NCBI GenBank assembly: GCA_951406725.2
Contig: OX597840.1
Coordinates: forward strand, 23,498,001 to 23,562,000
DNA length: 64,000 nucleotides
DNA from: Octopus vulgaris
Taxonomy: Eukaryota
Direction of reading: 5' to 3'
Each line of letters opens with the position of its first letter. Positions within the stretch are counted from its first letter, which is position 1. The position numbers and the translations under genes were made by a program. The notes beneath the pieces are model-generated. The model ran no database searches, had not been told where the DNA came from, and saw only the letters and a list, made by a program, of their open reading frames with translations. Shown here piece after piece: positions 31,031-43,241 of this stretch.

Positions 31031-31845
31031 ACAGGAAGGAACCAGTTAAGCAAGGATTAAGGGCTAACTAAATTCTTTTCAACAATAGCGATCAGCCATC
31101 ATTTCTATATGTCGTCTCCACATTTTAAAAAATATATTTACTACTAATTTTCGAGTAAAAGATTATATAAACGACTTTTATTTTTACTTTTGGTCAAATT
31201 AGGTACTTTCTAGTGTTTCGTTTCTTCAGTATACGATATTTACTTTTCGTTTCAGTATTTCAGGTGCACACTCGTATTTTTATATATTCCCCATTTTCTT
31301 ATACAAATTATATTGTACTTTCCTGCCTTTAACTTAAATAATCAAATTTACACGCCACAAAGAAAGAGAAATTTTACCTAAACAAGATACAGATCTGACG
31401 TTAACGAATATAGGAAATAACCAAAAGTGCAATGAAATGTCTAAAAGAAAACAAACAGAATGAAAGTATTAAAATAACAGCCTGGATCTTTTCGGTTTGA
31501 ACGGCAGTTTTTAACATAATTTCTAGGTAACTAAAAAATGTTTAACTTCTTATACTGGTAGAATGTGTTTATAAAACATCATTTTCTCTTGGCTTTATTG
31601 AGAAAATTCTATAGTTTGTAAGATATTGTTTCTTTCTTTAATTTCTGTAATTTCAACCAATCAATGACGTCCATTGAGGTAAAAAAACAAATTCTGTGCC
31701 GTATGAATATGTCCCTCGTTTAAGAAACAGATTGGGTTTATTTACATTTGTGAAGAAAAAAAGATACCCTTCCCCTAACCCTAACCCTAAAACACATTGA
31801 AATGCAATAGATCCTATTTGTTTGGTGAAATTCTTTCTTTTAACT

Positions 31846-32088
31846 GGTATTACTTAATGAGAGTGGTCCAGGTGCGCGCACACGCGCATCCGCGCTAGCT
31901 AGTCGTGACTTGTCGATCCTACAACGACTAGGTAGCAAAGTAAATAAAACACAAAATACATAATTTTTTTTACTCAAAGTAAATAATTTTTTAAAAAGAA
32001 AGTAATTAAAACACAAAGTAAGGATCGACTAGTGACCACTAGCTAACGCGAGTGCGCGCACCTGGAGCACTCTTCTTAAAGTAGTACC
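31846..32088. mobile_element. MITE with GG...CC termini and a 9-bp TSD (Merlin/MULE-type)
   Basis: TIRs GGTATTACTTAATGAGAGTGGTCCAGGTGCGCGCAC / GTGCGCGCACCTGGAGCACTCTTCTTAAAGTAGTACC with TSD CTTTTAACT/CTTTTCACT. The empty paralogous site is at ~55400. Confidence 0.75.
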
Positions 32089-32159
32089 CTTTTCACTTAC
32101 TCAACACATTGAAACAATCAGATATATGGCATGACACATATATAATAGAAATGTTTATA

Positions 32160-32182
32160 TAAATATAATACTTACACAATAA

Positions 32183-32274
<92 letters not shown>

Positions 32275-32570
32275 AACGCAGAGTGAGTCAACGAGGAAGG
32301 TGTGAGAAGAATATATTGTAGTGAAAGCTGAACTCAAAGTGGACAAAGAGAGCTTCAAGAGAATTTCTTCCTCATTACAACAAACGTTAATTAATATTTT
32401 TCAGGTCCACATAATCAAAAATGCTGCATCTGTTTCTTTAGAAATTTAATTACCAATCGTGTATATATTTAATTTGGTTTTCTCTTAAATATCAGTTGTA
32501 AAGTGAAACCGATCAAGCAATAAAACTGCGTAAGAAACAGGAGCAAGAAAGCCTTTTACGAATTTATGTG
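32160..32570 (-). promoter_or_regulatory. Putative ZNF promoter / non-coding first exon module
   Basis: Paralogous to 55475-55740 (same strand) and 36850-37125 (inverted). All three end in a GTRAGT donor pointing to a ZNF gene. Confidence 0.55.
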
Positions 32571-32577
32571 AAGCACC

Positions 32578-32872
32578 TGTGGGATGTCGTCAGCAGCCGG
32601 ACGTCAGCAGCGGGGTGCGTTGACCGGAAGCTGGGGCAAGCGGAAGGGGTCAGCCGTCAAGCATGCGCAGGGGGCGGAAGTTGACCTTTCCAACGTGGGT
32701 CGTGCTGGCAACAAGACGTGCGAGGACGTCGCTAAAGGGTTTGGGGCTAGCAGCTGCTATCATTAGTGTTCGGGTAGGGGCTGTGAGGAAGGACCAGTCA
32801 TCTCTGGAGGATCTCCGTCACCATGAAGAGAAGGTAGGTGCCTCTATATTCAAATCGCACACACTCACTACA
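32578..32872 (+). repeat. 5' LTR
   Basis: TGTGGGATG...CACTCACTACA, a direct repeat of 36494-36788. Confidence 0.97.
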
Positions 32873-32884
32873 AGCTATTTCGGC
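32873..32884 (+). promoter_or_regulatory. Atypical primer-binding site, complementary to tRNA-Phe(GAA) nt 1-12
   Basis: AGCTATTTCGGC directly abuts the LTR. Its reverse complement GCCGAAATAGCT is the conserved 5' end of metazoan tRNA-Phe. There is no TGG. Confidence 0.7.
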
Positions 32885-32916
32885 AGTTCGTAAACATTCA
32901 CATTTTTTTCAACACG

Positions 32917-33681
32917 ATGTCTGCAAAAATTAGGATCGCCAGTGACGTCGTCAGACCTTTTAACGGCGAAGGCGATGTAGTGGCCTGGATTCGGAAAATC
33001 AGGCTGGTGGCGAGACTGCAGGGCATAAGCGACGTGGCGAGTCTTATGGTGCTGTATTTGGAAGGGAGTGCGTTGTCGCTTTACCTAGAGATGGATGAAG
33101 AAGAACGGCTCTGTGATGAAAATATAGAGCGGCGCTTGTGTGACGCATACACGGAATGCGAGTACACAGCTTTCGCTAAGCTAGGTGCAATCAGGTGGAC
33201 GGGAGGCCAGGTGGATGATTTTGCATCGGAAGCTAGAAGGCTAACGACTCTGGCCGGGTTTGCCGGAGAAGGACTGGAGAGAGCAGCCCAACTGGCGTTC
33301 GTGAATGGGTTCCCCGACGATGTAGGGATTCACCTACAACGACTGCCCGGGGTCAAAAAGATGCCATTGAGCGAACTTGTAGCTCATGCTCGCGCGTTGA
33401 CGAGACACTCTGGGTGGAAGGCGATAGCGATGGCGGTGACGGAGGCGCGTAAAGACGGACGACGTCCCGAGAAAGAGGTACAGAAGCCCACCGTGCAACG
33501 AGAGCGGCCGTTCTCAGTACGGTGTTTTGGATGCCAGGGACCGCACATGGCGCGGGACTGTACGCAGCCGGGGCCCGTTTGCTATCGATGCAGGCAGACA
33601 GGGCACATTGCCCGTGATTGCGGCCAGGAAAACGACCGCGGGGAAGTTGCTGCCTCTCGAACTTTCCCCTCAAACGAGTAG
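32917..33681 (+). CDS. gag: Gag with two CCHC zinc knuckles
   Basis: Intact 254-aa ORF containing CFGCQGPHMARDC and CYRCRQTGHIARDC. Confidence 0.9.
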   Translation: MSAKIRIASDVVRPFNGEGDVVAWIRKIRLVARLQGISDVASLMVLYLEGSALSLYLEMDEEERLCDENIERRLCDAYTECEYTAFAKLGAIRWTGGQVDDFASEARRLTTLAGFAGEGLERAAQLAFVNGFPDDVGIHLQRLPGVKKMPLSELVAHARALTRHSGWKAIAMAVTEARKDGRRPEKEVQKPTVQRERPFSVRCFGCQGPHMARDCTQPGPVCYRCRQTGHIARDCGQENDRGEVAASRTFPSNE

Positions 33682-36480
33682 AGGCGCTATTGGAGACGCT
33701 GCCATTGATTGACGTGGAGGCCGAGGGGGAGACGTTCAAGGCCCTTGTGGATACGGGCTGTACGACCACCCTGGTGACTTCGAGGGTGACGAAGGAATGG
33801 AACGGGGTGTGTAGTGTCCGGGTGGTCGACGGCAGCGAAATCTGTTGCAGAGGCAGCAGCAAGGTAGAGATAGTGGTGCGCGGCGCGACGCTAAGGCTAC
33901 AGGCAATTGTGGCCGAACGCGTGATAAATGGAGTTGATGTGGTGATGGGGATGGACGCCATCAACTGCCTCGGTGGCGTCAGTGTTGTGGGAAATGAGGT
34001 CATGTTCGGAAGCGTGGGGGCGTCGTGCACTGCGAGTCAGGATCGCCAGAGGGAGCAGAGCCCCGCGAGGGACTGCGCCGCTTACACCATCGAGGACAAA
34101 GACTTTCAGGCGGCATTCGATGGTCAGCGGTGGATGATAGAGTGGAAATGGAAGGACGAGCCCCCGACACTGGAGAACAGGGTGAGCTGTTACCAGCATA
34201 CCCTGAAAGGCCAAGCCAGGGTTGAGTTTGAAGACGAGGTGGATCGAGGAAGGGGTCCTTGTCCCTTGGAAGGAGGAGGTAGCGGGCGGAGTGCTACCCC
34301 TGATGGCGGTGGTGCAGCCTACGAAGGGAAAAGTCAGACCGGTGCTGGACTTCAGGGAGCTAAACCAGCACATATCGTGTCACACGGGAGGTGAGGCGAC
34401 AGACGTTTGTGGTGAGGCATTACGTAAGTGGAGACAGTCGACTGAGGCAGCGACAATTGTCGACTTGAGATCGGCATACTTGCAGCTCCATGTGAGCGAC
34501 AAACTATGGCGATATCAGCTGGTGCGGTACAAGGGCCGGATGTACTGTCTAACCAGGCTGGGTTTCGGGCTGAATTCCGCTCCGAAGATCATGGCGGCAG
34601 TGCTTAGGTCCGTCCTAGGGAAAGACGGCAAGATTAGAAAGGCCACCAGCTCCTACATTGACGACATTTTGGTGGATGAAACTGTAGTGCCAGTCGACGA
34701 GGTAGTTAGACATCTGGAGAAGTTCGGACTGATTGCTAATCCACCGGAGTCGATTGAAGGGGGAGCCGCGCTGGGGCTGAAGCTGCGAAGAGATAGATCA
34801 GGTGAATTGGTGTTCCGGAGAGGAAATGAAATCCCAGAGCTGAGTTCCAGCGTCAGCAGGAGAGAGCTGTTCTCGGTGTGTGGGAAGTTGGTCTGTCACT
34901 ACCCGATCGCTGGATGGCTGCGCACGGCGTGTAGAGACGAGCAGAAGGAGAGAGGTGGGGCGACAAGGTGAGAGAAGGGACGGTGGCGATGATGCAGGAG
35001 ATCCTAGAGAGGACAAGAGCGGAAGACCCGGTCAGGGGGAACTGGTACGTGCCCAAGACGAAATGCGGGACCGTCTGGTGTGATGCTAGCAGTATAGCGA
35101 TAGGGGTGGTGTTGGCAATCGAAGGCACTGCGGTGGAGGACGCGGCCTGGCTTCGGAAAGCAGATGATTTCAACCACATCAATGTCGCCGAATTAGACAC
35201 GCTGCTGAAAGGGGTGAATTTGGCCTTGAAATGGGGACTGCGCACGATTGAAATGCGGACGGATTCGGCCACTGTGCTTGGCTGGGTAGGATCGGTGATC
35301 ACCGGTGACAGGAGAGTGCAGACGAAAGGTGCTGCGGAGATGTTAGTGAAGCGCCGTCTAGGAGTTCTAGGTGAATTGATCGCCGAATTCGGACTGAAGC
35401 TGAACGTGGTTTTCGTGCCTTCGGAGAAAAACAAGGCGGACGTACTGACCAGGGTGAAAAGGGCATGGTTGGAAGAACCGGAGGAGGCCCAGAAAGGGAT
35501 AGCTGCGGCGTGTCGGTTGGATGACTCTGAACTGAAGAAACTGCACGCTATGCATCACCTAGGTGTGGACAGGACCCTGTATCTGGCAAAAAAAAATTGA
35601 TGCTGACGTCACCAGGAGAAGCGTCTGGAAGGTGGTCGGGAGCTGCGACAGGTGTCAGTCCATCGACCCTGCTCCGTGTGGGCATGAACAGGGAAGCCTT
35701 TCCGTGGAGCAGAACTGGAAAAGGCTAGCTGTGGATGTGACACACTACCGTCAGCGAATGTACCTCTCCATGGTCGACTGTGGGCCGGGCCGGCTGGCCA
35801 TTTGGAGGGAGTTGAGATCGGGCATTGCTGACGAGATCGTGCAGATCCTGAACGGGATATTTTTAGAGAGAGGTCCCGTGGAAGAACTACTGATGGACAA
35901 CGGGGCGGCGTTTCGTTCGGAAGCATTGAGGGTTAGGCTTGATCGGTGGAACGTGCGACGCTTGTTCAGAGCAGCGTATAGGCCGGGCGGTAACGGGATC
36001 GTGGAGAGGCACCATCGGACAGTCAAGGCCATAGCGGAAAGAGGGCACATTTCGCCGCTTGAAGCAGTTTTTTGGTACAACTTGTCTCCCCGATCCGGAC
36101 AAGCTGAGGAATCTGTGCCGCAGAGAGCTGTGTTCAAATATGAATGGAGGCACCCGAGCAAAGCGCCGGAGGATCACGAGGAAGAGAAGGGACCCGTTCG
36201 CGTGAAAATAGGGGAGGAAGTCTGGGTCAAGCCACCAAAGACGCGCTGTACGTCTCAATGGAGCAGAGGAATGGTGACGGTGATCAATTCCAGAAGCAAC
36301 GTATCCGTAGATGGCACACCACGACATGTCTTGGACCTTCGCAGGATTGTTGCTTTGACGGACGATGATTCGGGAGAGGGGGAGAATGAGGAGCCCAGCT
36401 TGAGAAGATCTCGACGAGCAAGGCGCTCTCCCGGTTGGATGGTAGACTACAACATGGAGCGGAGAGATTGTGATCTTTAA
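33618..36480 (+). pseudogene. pol: Pol (protease, RT, RNase H, integrase) with 3 frameshifts
   Basis: LVDTG protease; RPVLDFRELN, VDLRSAY, LGFGL and YIDD in RT; WCDAS RNase H; HHCC and D-D-E integrase. Frame breaks at ~34240, ~34935 and ~35595. Confidence 0.92.
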
Positions 36481-36493
36481 GATCAGGGTGGCG

Positions 36494-36788
36494 TGTGGGA
36501 TGACGTCAGCAGCCGGACGTCAGTAGCGGGGTGCGTTGACCGGAAGCTGGGGCAAGCGGAAGGGGTCAGCCGTCAAGCGTGCGCAGGGGGCGGAAGTTGA
36601 CCTTTCCAACGTGGGTCGTGCTGGCGACAAGACGTGCGAGGACGTCGCTAAAGGGTTTGGGGCTAGCAGCTGCTATCGTTAGTGTTCGGGTAGGGGCTGT
36701 GAGGAAGGACCAGTCATCTCTGGAGTATCTCCGTCACCACGAAGAGAAGGTAGGTGCCTCTATATTCAAATCGCACACACTCACTACA
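36494..36788 (+). repeat. 3' LTR
   Basis: Direct repeat of the 5' LTR, preceded by a weak purine-rich tract. Confidence 0.97.
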
Positions 36789-36799
36789 GCACCTCAGCT

Positions 36800-37125
36800 C
36801 TTAATTAAAAACGGATATTAGAAATAGAGTGATTTCCCCTCGTCTGTTAATTGCTAAATCTTTCCAATTCTGTTTCCGTTTAAGAGAGAACCCAATTGAA
36901 TATACACACGTTTGATAATTAACTGTGTAAAGAAATCCGTACAGTATTCTTTATTAAATTCACCTGCAAAATATAAATCAACGTTTGCTATTAAAAATCT
37001 AGAAATTCTCTTGAAGCTGTCATTGTCCACTCAGACTCCAGTCCTCACTGCTTCATCATATTCTCACATTTTCCTCGGTGACTCTCTCTCTATATATATA
37101 TACATATATTTCTATGTGAGTATTA
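36800..37125 (+). promoter_or_regulatory. Putative ZNF promoter / non-coding first exon for the 39844 gene
   Basis: Inverted paralog of 32160-32500, with donor GTGAGT at ~37116 and motif AGAGTGATTTCCCCT at 36826. Confidence 0.55.
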
Positions 37126-38149
37126 TATTTACTTAAGCATTTCTATTGTATATGTGTCATTTTACGTACATTTGCTTATTCTGACGTGTTGAATAATTAA
37201 ATTAAAAGAATCTCACCAAACAAAGCCGAAATTATATGAAAGTAAGGCTGACATTCGAATACTTTTGTTTTATTTTCTTTTAGACATTCCGTTCCAGTTT
37301 TGGTTTTTTCTTACATTGCTTTGTGTCAGGGCAATACCTCGTTTACACAACATTTTCCTTTATTTTTGGCTTGTAAATCTAAGAATTTAGTTAAATGCTG
37401 GGAAATTACGATGTCATTTCTGAAAAATGGAGAATATATAAAATTTAGATTGTGCACTCGAAATACTGAAACGAAAAGAGGATGGTTCACATGGATCGGC
37501 ATTTGTGTGAAACATTTAAAAAATGTCTTTATTTTTGCTAGTTCTTCTCCGTTATTACAATTTACAACTTATATATATATGAGGGGTACAAAGGAAGTTT
37601 TGTCAATAATTTGAAAAGGCAGAAAAGAAAAGAAAAATTAGGAATAATTGTAAAGGATGTGTATTGTGATGAAGAAAACGAACGATTTAAGTAAAATAAG
37701 AAAAAACATCTCAAATATATATATATATATATATTCATGTTATTTTTTTTAATAATTACTTCAGAAATGCGGCAAGACTCCCCCCCCCCCCGTTAAAATT
37801 TTTATTTTTTTTCCACACAACTCCACTTTTTGGCTGCAGGGAATATGACTCTGCAAAAAAATTGGCAAACTTTGGCATTTTTTAATTACCCACCCCACCC
37901 CCATTTCCTTCATTTAAAAAAATTTTTTTTACTTTCTTCAGAAATTTCTTTTTTCAAAATATGCAGAAAAATACGGAGATTATGATTCGGAAAAAAATTT
38001 CCAAAAACTTTTATAGAATTGTCTTTTTAAGAATTTTTTTTTCTAAATATGCAGAAAAATATGGACATTTATGATGTGGAAAAGAATTTCAAAACATTTC
38101 TGTAGTTACGGTTAAGATTAGGGTTTTAGGGTTAAGGTTAAGGTTTTCG

Positions 38150-38870
38150 GGTCAGTCTGTGGTAAAGACACTTGGGGTTTCTGTTGCACAAGATCTCCTT
38201 GATTGTGTCAAGAATGATGAAAACTTTTTGGAAATGGTCATAATGGGTGATGAATCGTGGGTCTATAGCTATGACTTTGAAATAAAGGCTCAGTAGAACT
38301 GCTACAGATGTGACAGCATACATGAGCTTGAGAGAGGGCTGACCTCATGCACTTCTCATGAGGAATTCTGGAAGGAGCTTCGTGAGACCACTACTGAGAT
38401 GCTTCCAAAAAGAAAAAAAAAAGCCACTGGAAAACTGATTATAGCAGTGACTCGATCAATTCCCAGGGATCTCTGAAGAAGGGATTTTTATATTCCGAAA
38501 TATTATATCAGACTATGGACGATTAAATTACAACGGTTATTATAGTCCGTTGTTGTGCCATTCAATGCATTATTTTTACGAACAGTGCGCAATGCTTCAA
38601 GCGAACTGCAATGTTCCCCTAAAGGTTCAGTCTTTGAAGTTGAAAACCTCGACCTCTCCAAGACTGACGAATGTGAAGACACTGTTGACCGTTTTCTTCG
38701 ACTCCAGGGGATTGTTCATCATGAGTATGCTCCACCTGGTCAGACAGTAAACCAGGAGTTCTACTGTGACGTTTGCGGGATGCTATTCATTGGAAAGGGC
38801 CACAATTCGATGCCTCTGGTGAGTGACAATGCACCTGCCTATTCAGGTGGCAAGACAGGTGTGATATCTG
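38150..38870 (+). mobile_element. Mariner transposase remnants
   Basis: FLEMVIMGDESWVYSYDFE and VKTLLTVFFDSRG..HHEYAPPGQTVN. Confidence 0.7.
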
Positions 38871-38877
38871 TGTTACT

Positions 38878-39158
38878 TGTTCCTTCTCGAGCCATGCCTG
38901 GCTCATAAGGGCTGGTTTCCTTAGTGTATAGATTCCCCACCTGGACAAGACGCTGGTCCGTCGAAGGTGAGCTGCAAGATGCAGGAGGAAAGAGTGAGAG
39001 AAAGTTGTGGCGAAAGAGTCAGCAGAAGTTCGCCATTACCTTCTGCCGGAGCATAGGTGTTTCACTCATAAACACACACATTGCTTGGTCTGAGATTTGA
39101 ACCTGTGATCCCTCGACCATGAGTCTGTTGTTCTAACCACTAGGCCATGTGCCTCCAC
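38878..39158 (-). mobile_element. tRNA-derived SINE with a 12-bp TSD
   Basis: Minus-strand TGGCCTAGTGG (A box) and GGTTCAAATC (B box), with TSD ATCTGTGTTACT on both sides. Confidence 0.8.
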
Positions 39159-39771
39159 ATCTGTGTTACTAAACAAAGCTGTGTTGACAAGATAGAACTC
39201 CAAGGTGAAAACATTGGTTATCTAGGCCATTAACATCTATATTGGTGTGTGAGAGAGAGAAAGAGCGTGTGTGTCACAGATTTAATGTCCAGGAGTTGCT
39301 ATTATAATTATTGAATCTGCTCGTAATTTATTAACTTTTGGGTAAGTTTATTAGTTTGAATGCAGGTTTACTTCTACAATCCATTAAAACAGAAATGGCA
39401 TAAATTCGCATTTTTGAATATCTACCTTTTAAACCTATTCTATGCCTTATATTATTTTTTTCTATTCTTTCAGGAAATCACATGAAATTGGCTAAAAAGT
39501 ATTTTTGACTTTTAAAGAATCATCAATATGTATCATGTTTGAAAGACTCTGCAAAGATATTCTACAAACGTATAATCCTGCTTCTAGAAAACATTGCTGA
39601 ATTACAGTAAAATATTTCCTCTGAGAGAGAAAGCATTTCTTTACTGCTGTGTCTGAAATGTGCAAGAGATAATTTTCTCTTTTAAATATACTTTGATGGA
39701 TTTACAAAAGTATTTGCAACATTTTTAAATATTGGCATTGATCACGTTTAGAAGAAATATAAGAGAAGTGA

Positions 39772-40767
<996 letters not shown>

Positions 40768-42812
40768 AAAATCATAATTTAACTAAACACAAGCATATTC
40801 ATACAGAAATCATTGCTGAATTAAACAAAAGTGCATTCCTTATCAATTGGATTCGTAGCACAGTAATATTTTTTTCTCTACAATCATCATCATCATCACC
40901 ATCATTGAACATCCACTTTTCCATGCTTCTATGGATCACATAGAATTCATTGATGGAGATTCTCTGCAGCTGCATGCCTGCCTTTCTTGTCACCAATCCT
41001 CACTTGTTTCCAAGCAAGGAAATATTTTCCATGGTGAGACATTTTCTGCAAAAGACTTGAAATGAACAACTGCATTTGTATGAGAAAGGTGGTCATTTAC
41101 TAGTATCGTGTGATATCCAGTGAAGGGTACACACACACACACACATCACAAATCTATAAATATATATTTAAAAAGCATCCATTATGCTCTTGGAGTGGTT
41201 GGCATTAGGAAGAGTATCCAGCCATATACACACTGCCAAATCAGAGTGCAACTTGGTGCAGTTCTGTGGCTTGCCAATTCCAGTCGAACTGTCTAACCCA
41301 TGCCAGCATGGAAAGTAAACAATAAATGGTGACGTATGTATGAATAATTTCTAATGGGAGATATCTGACATGTTTCCCTTCCTCTCTATATAAAATTTTG
41401 TAATTCCTGTTAGCAAATGAAACACATGTAATGATGAATAAATAATACCAAAAACTTTTTTCAATCTCCGTACATCTGACTAATATAGGCAGAATGAGAT
41501 AACTTTATCTACAGGCTGAAACAGCTGTAAGATCCATTTTATGTGTATTATTTTTATGGTATTATCTTACTTATTGATGTATATTGTTTTATTTTGTTGG
41601 ATTTGGATGTTCCTATTTATGTAGTTAATAAATAATATGAATTGGTAATATGTGTAAGTCGATGATTGAAATGAATCTGTTCCTCCATTTTCTTATTTGT
41701 ATTATATATATAAATTTATATATATAATATTGCAATACAAATGTATTACTTTCCAGTAAAATAAAGCCCCACAAGGGTAGAATTATACACATAAAAACAG
41801 GTGAGTGGTAGAACAAGGCACAAATATTTACTGGAAAATAGCAATCGATACAAATACAACCCTATTGTAAAGCTTCACTGCGTATATACTTGCCAGTTCC
41901 AGTCGAGCTGTCTAACCCATACCAGCATGGAAAGTGAACAATAAATGATGATATTTGTATGAATAATTTCTAATGGGAGATATCTGACATGTTACAAAAT
42001 TTTGTAATTCCTGTTAGCAAATGAAACACATGTAATGATGATTAGATAATACCAAAAACGTTTTTCAATCTCCTCTTGTGTTATATACTTACTCTGCAAA
42101 ACTATTTTTCCAGTATTTATCAATTCTTGAGACATACCTGACTCAAGTATAACATCTAATGTACAACTTTGGAGTAGTGAGTCAGCATGTATACTTCAAG
42201 ATGACACAATTTAGATTATAACCTACATATCATCATCATCATTATTTAGCGTCCGCTTTCCATGCTAGCATGGGTTGGACGGTTCAACTGGGGTCTGTGA
42301 AGCTGGAAGGCTTTGACAGGCCCAGTCAGATCTGGCAGTGTTTCTACGGCTGGATGCCCTTCCTAACGCCAACCACTCCGTGAGTGTAGTGGGTGTTTTT
42401 TACGTGCCACCTGCACAGGTGCCAGACAGAGCTGGCAAACGGCCACGAACGGATGGTACTTTTACGTGTCACCGGCACAGGGCCAGTCGATGCTGGCAAC
42501 GGACATATATGTATATGTATATATATATATATATTAAATTAGAGATAAAACTACTATTAGGCAAATCAAACAGTGAAAAACATAAACCAATACATAGAAA
42601 TAAAATTAATATAATATAAAAAATATATAAAATTCAAAATTTAAATTATTTAAATTTAAAGTTAAAATTTTAAAAATTATTTAAATTAATTTATATATAT
42701 ATATTTATACTCTAAAATTAGATTTAATCCTAAATCTAATTTTTCCCTGTAAGTTTGGATTTACTCCCTAATATTATTATTATTATATATATATATATAT
42801 ATATATATACAT

Positions 42813-43241
42813 TTGGAAAATGATAGAGCAAAAGGTGCCAAACTTTGGTATCAAAACCTACCACTCACTGCGCCACGGAAGACGCTGCCAGCTACCACCA
42901 ATCAACAAAAAGGCTGGCCAGGCAGCAAAAACCCTGCGAGAGTCAAGTCTGTTGGTTCGAGGAGCACAACTGTTCAACTCCATTCCGGTACATGTCAGAA
43001 ATCTATCAGGATGCAGTGTGGAATCATTCAAATTGCAGCTGGATAGATACTTAAGCACCATTAGAGATGAACCCCATCTCCCAGTATATACACAACGAGC
43101 ACAAACTGACTCAAACTCGCTCCTACACATGTCAAAATTAAACAGAAAATACAACCTGGCAACCACACCAGACTCTGAGGGTGGAGACTTCGACTTGGCC
43201 TGAGCATGGACTCAAACTCAAATGAAATGAAATGAAATGAA
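42813..43241 (+). mobile_element. CR1/L2-group LINE 3' end with (AAATG)n tail
   Basis: TLRESSLLVRGAQLFNSIP..FKLQLDRYLSTIRDEP. Confidence 0.8.

Larger units (their letters stand above)
32578..36788 (+). mobile_element. Near-full-length Ty3/Gypsy LTR retrotransposon (4.2 kb)
   Basis: 295-bp TG..CA LTRs with 7 differences, 5-bp TSD GCACC (32573-32577 and 36789-36793), and gag then PR-RT-RH-IN order. Confidence 0.97.

Noticed and set aside
31854-32079. TTAA-flanked (piggyBac/Kolobok) reading of the MITE
   Set aside because: The inverted repeat extends beyond TTAA, and the empty site shows a 9-bp TSD.
32584-32893. ORFs within the LTRs and antisense ORFs across the Gypsy element
   Set aside because: Expected by chance in GC-rich DNA; no recognisable domains.
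38878-39158. tRNA genes
   Set aside because: The A/B boxes belong to SINE heads; no complete cloverleaf.
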